Shown: piece after piece, positions 26,756 to 36,357 of the stretch
Position numbering within the stretch: the first letter of the stretch is position 1
How the letters are laid out: each line of letters begins with the position of its first letter
Notes under the pieces: model-generated
Database searches by the model: none
Told to the model about the DNA's origin: nothing
The model's input: only the letters and a program-made list of their open reading frames with translations
Made by a program: the position numbers and the translations under genes
IMG/VR virus record: IMGVR_UViG_3300010373_000003
Span: 1 to 64,000 of that record
DNA length: 64,000 nucleotides
Origin: a virus
Direction: 5' to 3' (one strand)

Positions 26756-28204
26756 ATGAGTTTAGATATAAAAAAACAAGAAGGAGAATTATTGCACGGG
26801 CCTGAGATTAATACTATAGCTACTGCAATTAATGCTAATGATGATAGTGTAAACAAGCCTGCTTATTCTTTAAGTAATGATGATTTTCAGGTTGATAATA
26901 AAAATATATCATTAACTCCAGAAGCAGGAGGTATGTATTTCTATGGTACTCAATTTGTAGGTGATGGTTCTGAAACTAATCCTTTTAGAATAAATCCTAA
27001 CCTATTAGATGGTAATAACCCAGGAGTTATTGTAGAACAATTGATTACTGGATGTAATTATAATAACTCTCCTTATACAATAAGAAGTCCTGATTTTGAA
27101 TCAGTATCTTTTTATTCTAAGAGAACTATGTTTGTAGCTTCTAAAGAATTAAGGTTTGAATGGGCTAACAATAGTAACTCTGTGACAGATGTTTATAGGG
27201 ATAGAGTAGGTTTAAACAATATCACTATTAAAGCCTCTGTTAAACATAATGGTATTACTTATCCTATTAACTTCTCAGGAGTAAGAAGTAAAACTCTTGT
27301 TCCCGGAGAAATTGTTAAATCTGATATAGTTAATCTTGAAGTTCGAGCTAATGATCAGATTCAGATTATTGTTTATGTAACTGTTCCAGCTGGTGGAGAA
27401 ATACCAGTTAATAGAACTACTGTAAATAATAATGGAGAAGGTTTTGCTGATTTTCCTAGAAATGTAGACTATACTGATGGAGGAACTCCTGGTCAGATTA
27501 TAGGTTCTACTATATTTGATTGTACTGGTATATATGGTAAACCTTTATCTTCTAATACAGATGTTGTATTATTGATGGGTGATTCTATTATGTCTGGTTA
27601 TGGTTCTAATACTCCTATAAGGAATCATTTTGAAAGAGCTCTAGCTTCTCTAAAAATACCTTATTTTAATATAAGTCTTAGTGGAGATAAAGCTATTTAT
27701 TTCAATAGTACTACTTATAGTTCTGAACGAAGAAAACATATAACTGTAGGTAAGTTTACTACTATATTTAGTAACTATGGTACTAATGATATTCAGAATG
27801 GTGGTGATTCTGGAACTGATACTATAAACTCTCTTAAAGCTTTATTTACTGCAATTAAAGCTCTTGTAGGTGGTACAAATAAATTATACCAAACTACTTT
27901 ATTTCCTAAGACTAATAGTATTAATAATTGGACTAATGGCGCAGGTCAATCTTTTGTAAAAGAAAGTCCTAGAGTTCAAGTTAATACTTTTGTTAGAACA
28001 ACTCCTACTCCTTTAACAGGATTTATAGATGTTAATTCTGAGGTTGAAACTAATATTAATAATGTTTTAACTTTAAATGGAGGATATTGGGCTACTAATG
28101 GTACTCCTAATTATTCTACTACTGATGGTGTAAATCCTAGTGATAATACTTATCAAATAGTAGGAAATGCAATTAAACCTTTTCTGTCTACTATATTATC
28201 TTAA
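26756..28204 (+). CDS. tail spike/fibre with SGNH (GDSL) hydrolase-like domain
   Basis: LMGDSI (block I), NYGTND (block III), DGVNP (block V with His replaced by Asn); N-terminal anchor shared with the next gene. Confidence 0.8.
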   Translation: MSLDIKKQEGELLHGPEINTIATAINANDDSVNKPAYSLSNDDFQVDNKNISLTPEAGGMYFYGTQFVGDGSETNPFRINPNLLDGNNPGVIVEQLITGCNYNNSPYTIRSPDFESVSFYSKRTMFVASKELRFEWANNSNSVTDVYRDRVGLNNITIKASVKHNGITYPINFSGVRSKTLVPGEIVKSDIVNLEVRANDQIQIIVYVTVPAGGEIPVNRTTVNNNGEGFADFPRNVDYTDGGTPGQIIGSTIFDCTGIYGKPLSSNTDVVLLMGDSIMSGYGSNTPIRNHFERALASLKIPYFNISLSGDKAIYFNSTTYSSERRKHITVGKFTTIFSNYGTNDIQNGGDSGTDTINSLKALFTAIKALVGGTNKLYQTTLFPKTNSINNWTNGAGQSFVKESPRVQVNTFVRTTPTPLTGFIDVNSEVETNINNVLTLNGGYWATNGTPNYSTTDGVNPSDNTYQIVGNAIKPFLSTILS

Positions 28205-28207
28205 GTT

Positions 28208-29590
28208 ATGAAAATAAATATTCCAGTTAAACAAGATGGTCAACTCCTTCAAGCAGGAGAGATTAATCAAATAGTTACTGCTGTCAATGAGACGGATATA
28301 GAATCAAAAATACCTTCTCATACATTTGGTCCTGATTTCATAGAAGATGGAGCTGAAGTAATTGAAGGTGTACCTATACCAGTTATTAAACTTAATCCTA
28401 CTAGAGTTAAAAAGTATTTTGATACTTCTCAATTCGATGGTGATGGATCAGTTGAATTTCCTTATAAAATTAAGGATAATATAATAGGAGGTGGATCTAT
28501 GCCAACTCTTAATACTCCTGTACCTGTATCTTCTAATATAACTGAAACTACTGCTACTATTAGTTGGTTAGCTATTTTACATGCTGAACAATATACTTTA
28601 CAAAGAGCTAGAAATAGTGGATTTGGTGTAGATTTACAAACTCTTCAAGTTGGTACTCAGCTATCATTTAATGATACTGCTCTAACACAAAACACTGAAT
28701 ATTGGTATAGAGTTATTGCATCTGCTACAGGTTATATTAATAGTATACAAGGTGTTGTTAACTTTACTACTAAGTTGGCTGGAGCTACTACTCCTACTCC
28801 TCCTATAGTTACAGGTAATGATACTGCTAATACTCTTATTGCTACTCATGCAACATATCCTAATGATATTGTTGTAAGCACTAATAACTCTCCTTATGTT
28901 GACTACACAGAAACTATTTTAGTAGGTAACGTAGATAGACCTGCGGGTTATTGGAAGTTTAAGATTAAAGCTGCTCTTCCAGGAAGGAACGAAAGTTCTA
29001 TTGTTAGTAGTCCTGTATTTACAGCTGCGGAAGAGGATAATCTTATTCATCCATTAGTGTTTACTATCTTAAGTAGTGGTATAGTTTATAATGCTGCTGC
29101 TAATAGTTACAAATCTACTTATGTGGCTAGTGAAGGATGGGGACATGGTGTTATGAATGCAGGTAAGAAACTAGCAGCTGGTGCTGATGGAGGTATTTAT
29201 CTGAAGTTTGAAGACTTACCTAATGAGACTACACTTTTAAGTGGTGTAGGTTTTTCTACTACTAATACTACTGGTGCTTTCTTAGGAGCTTACGATGTTG
29301 GTTTCTATTTTGGAAATAGACAATATCCTGATCTTGGAATTGTAGAAGGTGGAAGTATGAGTGTTGCTGATGGTATTAAGCATATTGTAGGATATGACTA
29401 TAGACTATATAGAACTGCTGGAGTTTGGAAGCTTCAAAGAAGTAATGATGAATGGGTTACTGTTCAAGATCTAAAAATATATAGCTATACTTCTAATGTA
29501 GACTTATATCCAAAAGCTGATATAAGAACTGGTTCTACTAATCTACCTATACTAGTTAATCCTAGACAAAGTAAATTAATTAATATATAA
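28208..29590 (+). CDS. tail fibre protein with FN3 domain and DRPAGYWK module
   Basis: ATISW..YTLQR..FNDTALTQNTEYWYRVIA FN3 pattern; shared N-terminal anchor. Confidence 0.75.
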   Translation: MKINIPVKQDGQLLQAGEINQIVTAVNETDIESKIPSHTFGPDFIEDGAEVIEGVPIPVIKLNPTRVKKYFDTSQFDGDGSVEFPYKIKDNIIGGGSMPTLNTPVPVSSNITETTATISWLAILHAEQYTLQRARNSGFGVDLQTLQVGTQLSFNDTALTQNTEYWYRVIASATGYINSIQGVVNFTTKLAGATTPTPPIVTGNDTANTLIATHATYPNDIVVSTNNSPYVDYTETILVGNVDRPAGYWKFKIKAALPGRNESSIVSSPVFTAAEEDNLIHPLVFTILSSGIVYNAAANSYKSTYVASEGWGHGVMNAGKKLAAGADGGIYLKFEDLPNETTLLSGVGFSTTNTTGAFLGAYDVGFYFGNRQYPDLGIVEGGSMSVADGIKHIVGYDYRLYRTAGVWKLQRSNDEWVTVQDLKIYSYTSNVDLYPKADIRTGSTNLPILVNPRQSKLINI

Positions 29591-29593
29591 CAA

Positions 29594-32500
29594 ATGGGAA
29601 TTGTAATAAAGAATAAAGTTAAAGTTAATAGGGCTAATACTTTTAATCCTATTCCTGTTGGAACATACTCTAGTCCAATTAAACTTAAACCTGAGTTAGT
29701 ATTTCATAATTTTCCTGCTTATGCTGTAGATAGTTTAGGTAAGAAATTAGCTGCTACTAATTTATGTGATATAAGTACTATAAATAATGTTAATGGGGTT
29801 CCTTTGGGAACCCCTGCTAACCAAGGTATGGTACTAAGTGCTTATAATCTAATCAAATCTGATTGGTATAATGTAGGTTCTTATAAAGTTATATTTGATC
29901 TTGACGGTGTGTATGATTTAGATTATGCATATGTTTGGATTGAAGGTTCTAATAGAGGACCTGTACGTATGGCTTGTTCTGAAGATGGTACTACATGGAA
30001 AGAACTATTTGGACCTCAAGACCAATTAAATAGTAATGGTTGGAGAAAGATAGAGTTTAATATAGCTTCTAAAGGTGGTAACAAATTCTTCATGTTAGGT
30101 TGTGATTGGGCTGATATGGGTATTAGAAGTTTAGTTGTCTATGGAAGACCTGTAGGAACTAAACTAAATCATGGTGTTAAACTAAATAGAAAGGTACCTA
30201 GTAGAAAAGCAGATGAATCTATTGGTACTAATGGGTTTTATTTTGAACATCCTGAGGAGATGTATAAAGTAAGTTCTATTCAACGTTTTTATGTTGAGCC
30301 AGATTGGTTTATGGGAGACGCTTTTAGACGTACTGGCGATGCTATTGGTAAACATCCTGATGATCTAACATTTAAGTTTAGTACTTCTCATATGGGTAGT
30401 ATTGATCAACTACTTCAAGGCTTTAAGAATACTGGTGCTAAAGTTATGTTTACTCAGGTAAGTCAACCTGTTTGTTATAGACCTGTTGGTACATCAAGAG
30501 CGGGACAAAGTAAACCTGTTGATCCTGGGTTTAGTTCTACTGTACTCGCTCATACTGTTAATCCTCTTAACTATAAGTTCATAGCTAGAGTAGGATATAA
30601 TATAGCTGCTAGATATGGTAGTAATAAGAATGTAGATCAGACTTATATACAATTACAAGAAGGTCAACAAGTTAAAGTTGGTCTTAATCTTATATATTGT
30701 ATGGAGATTGGTAACGAGATGGATAAATGGTGGTTAGGAGAACAAGCTTATGCTAATCCTGAAGAAATGGCTGCTTATATGTCTGCTCTATATGATGGAC
30801 ATAAAGGAGCAATGGGACCTGGGTATGGTATTAAAGCTGCTGATCCATCTATGAAAGTATCTATGATTTCTTTAGCTGCCGGAGATAATACTGCTTATAT
30901 TAGACAAATGCTTTGGTGGTTTGATAAGTATAGAGGTGAAGGTGATTATGCTTTTGATGTTATTAACTATCACTGGTATAATTCCTCACAAGGTTCTCAA
31001 GATGTTGGAGATAGTTCATATGCTCTACAACCTGAAAGAGCTCAACTTATGGATGTTAATCAAAGATGGTGTACTATTAGAGATACCTATTGTCAATCTG
31101 CTGAACTATGGCTAACTGAAACAGGGTATGATGAACATCTTGGAGGTGTATACGCTCCTAAGTTTAATACTCAATTCTTAAGGTCTAGGTATAAGTCTTA
31201 TTGGCTAGTTAGAACTCATCTAGTTGATATATACGGTGCTGTTGACGTTACTAACCAATATTGGTATGCTACTACAGGAGGTCAAAAGCTACAAGAACTA
31301 AATCCTAATGAGCCTAATCCGGCTAAGTTTATTAGTTCTGCTATGGCTGAAGGTATACAGAATACTGAGGATTGGAATAGACAACCTCTTATGTCGTTTT
31401 GGTATATGGCTAATATTAAGAGTGCTTTAGAAGGATATACATATTCTCATGAAGTGTTTGTAAAAGGAGAACTAAAAGCAGAAGATAGATTAATAAATTC
31501 TACTAGCGAATATCTTTGGGCTTTAGCTTTTAAGAATGTTGTTGATGGTACTGGTCTATTAGTTATTTGGTTAGATTCTGCTGAACAAAGAACAGAGTCT
31601 ACTACTGTAAAGGTTATAGAATCTACTGTTCAAGTTGTTAATATAGACAATGCAGAAGTAAGACAATCTATAACTGGAACTATTACTAATGTTACACCTC
31701 TTGATGGCTTAATAGGTATTACTATATCTGAATGTCCTATAATTGTTAAAACTACTAATTTAAGTGTTCCTTTAGTTATTCAACCTCTTAATATTGAGAA
31801 ACAAGTATTAGAAGATTCTTCTGTTCTACTTACATGGTTAGATAGAAATATAGAAGAAACTGATGCTATTATTAGTAGAAGTCTTACTCTTAATGGTGTG
31901 TATGATGATATATACCAAGGTAAAACTTATAAAGCTCAATATGTAGATGAAACAGCTTTACCTAATGTTAATTATTTCTATAAGATAAAGCTTATAAGAG
32001 CAGGAGGTTCTGTACCAATTATAGTACCTAGTCCTCCTACAATTGTTGCTAATGACCAATTAGATACTATTGAAGCTACTCATCAAGTTTATCCTAATAA
32101 CATTGTTGTTAGTATAAATAATAACAGTTATGAGAAATATAATGGTCATTTATCTGTTGGTAATGTTAATAGACCTGAAGGATACTTTAAGTTTAAAATA
32201 GAAGCAGGTTTTAATAGAACTGAATCTAGTATTGTTTATAGTCCTGCGTTTACTGTTTCAAATGATCCTGTTCCTGAATTATGGAAAACTAACTTTGATC
32301 ATGCTTACTTAGGTAATAAAGTTCTAAATTATTCTAATGTTCAAGCAGAAGATGGTGAAGAAGTTAAAACTATAATAGATCAAATAGGTGCTTTGAATAT
32401 GAACTATAACGGAGTTGCTGTTCCTAATTTAACAGAGAGTAAGCCTAGGTTCTATGATAACTTAAATGGTTATGTATTCCTACCTAATGAGACTAACGTT

Positions 32501-33280
32501 AAGTATTCTACTGCTTATATTCAAGGAGGTAATTATCCTAGTGAAAGATGGATAATTGGTGTTATTTCTAACTTCCAATTATATGAAGCTTTTGTTAATA
32601 ACTTCTTTAGTCCTTATATTGGAGACTTAGGTCAAGAAGGTTTAAGAACTAAGAATGCTGCTGACTTCCCAGGAGATACTAGTTGGAAAACTAATGTACC
32701 TATTGCTCTAAATAGACCTTTTCTTATTAGACAGAAGTTTACAGATAATGCTAGTATACCTGATAGGGTCTCTACAGATATGTGGGTAAATGGTGTGTAT
32801 GTTGGTCAAACTATGACTACATATAAAAATACTAATATGTCTCTTGTTATAGGAGCTGATACTAATAACTCACATTGGGGTTTCATGTTCTATGGTTTTA
32901 ATAAAGGTCATATTAATGAAAGTATTGCTAGTGTTATGACTTCTCAGTTAATGGCTAAGTATAATGTTAATTTACCTATTGAATTACCTTATGCTGGTAA
33001 CTTAAATGTTGTTAAGTCTGGTAGTACTTACACTGCTACATTTGTTTACAAAGGTATTAATAATATTCCAGAGAATATTTCTAAGAGGAAGGTAAGATGG
33101 ATTATCTTTATAAGTGGTCCTACTATTGCTTATTATATGCCTGAACTAGAAGGTCTATTAACTTTTAATGCTAATGATTATCCTCAATATGATATGGCTA
33201 ATAAACGAGTTAGAGTAGAGATTACATGTGAGGATACTGCTGAGAACAAATTCTCTATTCCTCAATCATTTTTAAAATAA
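29594..33280 (+). CDS. multidomain receptor-binding glycoside hydrolase (clan GH-A TIM barrel, FN3, beta-sandwich domains)
   Basis: EIGNEMD (acid/base), INYHWY, LWLTETGYD (nucleophile); discoidin-like N-terminus (SEDGTTW); FN3 (YVDETALPNVNYFYKI). Confidence 0.75.
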   Translation: MGIVIKNKVKVNRANTFNPIPVGTYSSPIKLKPELVFHNFPAYAVDSLGKKLAATNLCDISTINNVNGVPLGTPANQGMVLSAYNLIKSDWYNVGSYKVIFDLDGVYDLDYAYVWIEGSNRGPVRMACSEDGTTWKELFGPQDQLNSNGWRKIEFNIASKGGNKFFMLGCDWADMGIRSLVVYGRPVGTKLNHGVKLNRKVPSRKADESIGTNGFYFEHPEEMYKVSSIQRFYVEPDWFMGDAFRRTGDAIGKHPDDLTFKFSTSHMGSIDQLLQGFKNTGAKVMFTQVSQPVCYRPVGTSRAGQSKPVDPGFSSTVLAHTVNPLNYKFIARVGYNIAARYGSNKNVDQTYIQLQEGQQVKVGLNLIYCMEIGNEMDKWWLGEQAYANPEEMAAYMSALYDGHKGAMGPGYGIKAADPSMKVSMISLAAGDNTAYIRQMLWWFDKYRGEGDYAFDVINYHWYNSSQGSQDVGDSSYALQPERAQLMDVNQRWCTIRDTYCQSAELWLTETGYDEHLGGVYAPKFNTQFLRSRYKSYWLVRTHLVDIYGAVDVTNQYWYATTGGQKLQELNPNEPNPAKFISSAMAEGIQNTEDWNRQPLMSFWYMANIKSALEGYTYSHEVFVKGELKAEDRLINSTSEYLWALAFKNVVDGTGLLVIWLDSAEQRTESTTVKVIESTVQVVNIDNAEVRQSITGTITNVTPLDGLIGITISECPIIVKTTNLSVPLVIQPLNIEKQVLEDSSVLLTWLDRNIEETDAIISRSLTLNGVYDDIYQGKTYKAQYVDETALPNVNYFYKIKLIRAGGSVPIIVPSPPTIVANDQLDTIEATHQVYPNNIVVSINNNSYEKYNGHLSVGNVNRPEGYFKFKIEAGFNRTESSIVYSPAFTVSNDPVPELWKTNFDHAYLGNKVLNYSNVQAEDGEEVKTIIDQIGALNMNYNGVAVPNLTESKPRFYDNLNGYVFLPNETNVKYSTAYIQGGNYPSERWIIGVISNFQLYEAFVNNFFSPYIGDLGQEGLRTKNAADFPGDTSWKTNVPIALNRPFLIRQKFTDNASIPDRVSTDMWVNGVYVGQTMTTYKNTNMSLVIGADTNNSHWGFMFYGFNKGHINESIASVMTSQLMAKYNVNLPIELPYAGNLNVVKSGSTYTATFVYKGINNIPENISKRKVRWIIFISGPTIAYYMPELEGLLTFNANDYPQYDMANKRVRVEITCEDTAENKFSIPQSFLK

Positions 33281-33298
33281 GTAATAGTTATAGTTTAT

Positions 33299-33634
33299 AT
33301 GGAATATATTGATATTGTTATTAAGCAAATCATTGATAACTTTGATTTTGCTTTTATGTTTATTATTAATGTGCTTTCTTATCTTATTGTTAGATTTGTC
33401 TATTCTATTAAGAAAGGTGCTTATGTTAATACTTGGTCAAAAAGATTTATTCTTATGGCTTGTACTGTAGCAGTTGGTATTGTTTATTGGCTTGCTGGAT
33501 ATGATAAGATTATTGTTATTATCAATTCTGCTATTCTTGCTCCTGTTTTTTGGGATTGGATTCTTCGTCCTATATTTGTTAAACTTGGTGTTGATTATAA
33601 AAAGTTTGAGAGATATGATGATGTTGAAGGTTAA
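33299..33634 (+). CDS. putative holin
   Basis: 111 aa, three hydrophobic segments, charged C-terminus. Confidence 0.6.
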   Translation: MEYIDIVIKQIIDNFDFAFMFIINVLSYLIVRFVYSIKKGAYVNTWSKRFILMACTVAVGIVYWLAGYDKIIVIINSAILAPVFWDWILRPIFVKLGVDYKKFERYDDVEG

Positions 33635-33662
33635 TATCTTATTATAAATATTACTATTGCTT

Positions 33663-33697
33663 AGGCAGTACTTCTTAATTGAGGTACTGCCTTTTTT
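33663..33697 (+). terminator. intrinsic terminator
   Basis: AGGCAGTACTTC-TTAATT-GAGGTACTGCCT followed by TTTTT. Confidence 0.85.
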
Positions 33698-33737
33698 CGT
33701 ATAGATAGTGCTAGTATAAATAATTATTAAAATTAAC

Positions 33738-33767
33738 TTGCATATAAATATTAAAATATTATATTTG
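33738..33767 (+). promoter_or_regulatory. Bacteroidota sigma70-type promoter TTG-N19-TATATTTG
   Basis: Exact -7 TAnnTTTG with -33 TTG, after a terminator and upstream of the tail operon. Confidence 0.65.
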
Positions 33768-33803
33768 TTACTACTGTTAATCATAATAATAATAATATTG
33801 CTT

Positions 33804-34487
33804 ATGAGTTCTATTAATCAACTAGTTTCTGAACTTGCTCATTCTGTGCAGCAAGCTGATAGTGTTCCTGTACGTCGAGCTCTTAAACTTAGTATAATTC
33901 ATTCTCGTAATGAACTTATACGTAAGAGTTATGACAATAATAAAGTGCTAGACAAAGTTCTACAACAAAGATTTAGAATTAGTCTTATTGATGTTCCTGA
34001 TGGAGATAATACTATTTCTAAAGATCTTCCTGTAGGTCAAATTAAAAGAAGTACTAATAAAGTACCTAGACCTGTTAGACTTAGTAATGGTATGCCTTTT
34101 AATTCTGTTCGTACCATGGGTGTTGAATATCCTCAATCTATAGCTTTTGTTAAAGAGGCTGTTTCTAACTTCTATGGAAGTCTTCCCGGTATGTGTTCTG
34201 TTGCTACTTATGATTATATAAATGAATATATTTATATAGACACTATGAGAAGTAAAAGGCTGTTAGACCTTGGACACATTATTGTTGAATCACCTTTTGA
34301 ATATCCTCATCTTATAAAGACTGAAACTCAGGATGGTATTCTAGATATTAATTCAATTGATGATGATGACGAATTCCTACTTCCTGAAGATATGATTAAT
34401 GCTATTAAGAAACTTACTCTAGAAACATTTAATCCACAAGTTAATCGTCAGACTAATGAAATACCTACTCCTAATTTAGTAAAATAA
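33804..34487 (+). CDS. tail ring protein (227 aa; start MSSINQ)
   Basis: Track ORF 33738 trimmed to the ATG at 33804; DDDDEFLLPEDMINAI adaptor-like end. Confidence 0.6.
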   Translation: MSSINQLVSELAHSVQQADSVPVRRALKLSIIHSRNELIRKSYDNNKVLDKVLQQRFRISLIDVPDGDNTISKDLPVGQIKRSTNKVPRPVRLSNGMPFNSVRTMGVEYPQSIAFVKEAVSNFYGSLPGMCSVATYDYINEYIYIDTMRSKRLLDLGHIIVESPFEYPHLIKTETQDGILDINSIDDDDEFLLPEDMINAIKKLTLETFNPQVNRQTNEIPTPNLVK

Positions 34488-34496
34488 GATACACCT

Positions 34497-35444
34497 ATGA
34501 CCCCTGATGTTAATTTAAAAAGTTATTATCTCCAATATATCAGTAATGCTAAAGCTGATATTATAAAGTATAATGAAGCTATTGCTCAAACTATAGAGAT
34601 AAAAGAAAAACTATATGAATATTTAGATAAACATATTGTTGATATTAAAATTCATTATAATATTAATCTTGCTGATTATGATAAAGAATGGAATCATAAA
34701 GAGTATGATAATGAAGTTCTCTATAATAAAGTTATAACAACTCTTAATGTTGTATCTAGTACAGATGTTAATAGAATTAAACTTATTCAACTTATCAAAT
34801 ATTGTAATGCTCTTCGTTCTGAATATAAGAATAGACAACTAATAACTATTTGTGATACTCGTAAGAATATTACTTTTGGTAAATATCGTACTTACGTTGT
34901 TAATTATTATAATCAAGTTCATAAGGTTGTATTAGAAGGTGATGGTTATAAGTTTGGTCATGGTATCGGAACTTATTGTATTAATCATTGGAAGATTGAT
35001 CTAGATAAGCATAACAAAGTTAAACGTTTAGACTTTGCTGCTACTAATGCTAAGAAGAAAGAACTTATAGCTAAAGGAGTTAAACTTTATGATGATAAAG
35101 AAGCTACTTGGTATGCTGCTAGAAATATACCGTATGATGGTGTACATTATAGAGTGTTTAAAAATGAAAGTTCTTTCTATGATTTTACTTTTGTTAAATC
35201 TTCTATTTTTCCTGCTAAGACTCTTGAATATAAGAGAACTGAATATATTGCTACTAAGTATAGAGGTCTGTCATATAAAGATATGTACGACGCTCTATGT
35301 ACAAGTATAAAAGATGTTTATACTTTACAAGTTGATATTAAGTATAAACTTAATATTCTTTTACATAAAGATCCTAATATTTATTTAAACTTTATTCGTA
35401 ATGCTGAACAACACAAGTATAAGCGTGGAGCACATAATAGCTAA
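34497..35444 (+). CDS. crAss-type protein with divergent HU/IHF-like domain (315 aa)
   Basis: YYNQVHKVVLEGDGYKFGHGIGTYCI..LDFAATNAKKKELI pattern; position before ring and stabilisation genes. Confidence 0.55.
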   Translation: MTPDVNLKSYYLQYISNAKADIIKYNEAIAQTIEIKEKLYEYLDKHIVDIKIHYNINLADYDKEWNHKEYDNEVLYNKVITTLNVVSSTDVNRIKLIQLIKYCNALRSEYKNRQLITICDTRKNITFGKYRTYVVNYYNQVHKVVLEGDGYKFGHGIGTYCINHWKIDLDKHNKVKRLDFAATNAKKKELIAKGVKLYDDKEATWYAARNIPYDGVHYRVFKNESSFYDFTFVKSSIFPAKTLEYKRTEYIATKYRGLSYKDMYDALCTSIKDVYTLQVDIKYKLNILLHKDPNIYLNFIRNAEQHKYKRGAHNS

Positions 35445-36234
35445 GTTAGACAATGACTTTAATATAGATCATGGTGATTGGATACCTCGTGTTGGTGCGT
35501 GGATTATAGATGCTATGGGTCAGCTAAATGTTCTTCGTAAGAAACGTAGTAAAATAAAGCTAGATGTTCATAACTGTATAGCTTATTCTAATTGTCCTAT
35601 TAATAGTCCTAATCTTATAGTTACTGATTCTAATGGTTGCCCAATTGTCAAACATAAATCTAATGCTAGTGGTTGTTGTTCTTCCTCTACGGGGGAGGTA
35701 ACAAAGCTAGGTGATGTAACTCCCTCAACGGTAGATGCTATCTATAATCCTAATGCTGCTTATGTCCCAGATCATACTGTAGCTGAAACTGTCAATGGTA
35801 GTAATAAACCTCCTAGATATAATATTGTTAACTATGATAACTCTGGAGGACAACCTAGAAATTATGTTCTATTAGATGATAACAAACTTGAATTAAACTT
35901 TAATACAAGTTGTGTTTATGTTGAAACTGATGTAGTTGAAACTGTATGGAGTAAAACCTATGAATGCGATATTCCTGTTGTTCCTAATGTTGGTATTCTT
36001 ATAGAAGCTATTGGTTTTTATTGTATGTATAAAATGTTAACTCGTGGATATAAACATCCTGTATTTAATCTTAATGCTAGTCAATATGGAACTAATCCTT
36101 ATTATGAGTGGAAGACTCTAAAACCTGAAGCTAAGAGAGCTGTTACTATTGATGCTCAGGGTAATATACTGGTTACTGATGGAGGTCTATTTAAAAGTTC
36201 ATTCTTTATCACTACATTCCCCAATAGTAAATAG
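35401..36234 (+). CDS. tail tubular / ring protein
   Basis: Directly before the tail stabilisation gene; IPVVPN..LIEAIGFYCMYK. Confidence 0.6.
   Translation: MLNNTSISVEHIIAKLDNDFNIDHGDWIPRVGAWIIDAMGQLNVLRKKRSKIKLDVHNCIAYSNCPINSPNLIVTDSNGCPIVKHKSNASGCCSSSTGEVTKLGDVTPSTVDAIYNPNAAYVPDHTVAETVNGSNKPPRYNIVNYDNSGGQPRNYVLLDDNKLELNFNTSCVYVETDVVETVWSKTYECDIPVVPNVGILIEAIGFYCMYKMLTRGYKHPVFNLNASQYGTNPYYEWKTLKPEAKRAVTIDAQGNILVTDGGLFKSSFFITTFPNSK
35682..35697 (+). repeat. dispersed 16-bp element, copy 7 (TTCCTCTACGGGGGAG)
   Basis: Encodes SSTGE. Confidence 0.9.
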
Positions 36235-36357
36235 CCATTAATATCTCATATAATAGCAATTTAAAGCTGTATACTGGACGATATTAATTTAACTGTATAA
36301 TAACGTATATCGACTTTAGATAGTCGCTTATATGAACTTAAAATAAGATGTAAGCAA

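Noticed and set aside
25951-33280. Diversity-generating retroelement or invertible tail-fibre cassette
   Set aside because: Shared modules are diverged protein-level paralogs, not adenine-specific TR/VR pairs; no reverse transcriptase, invertase or flanking inverted repeats in the window
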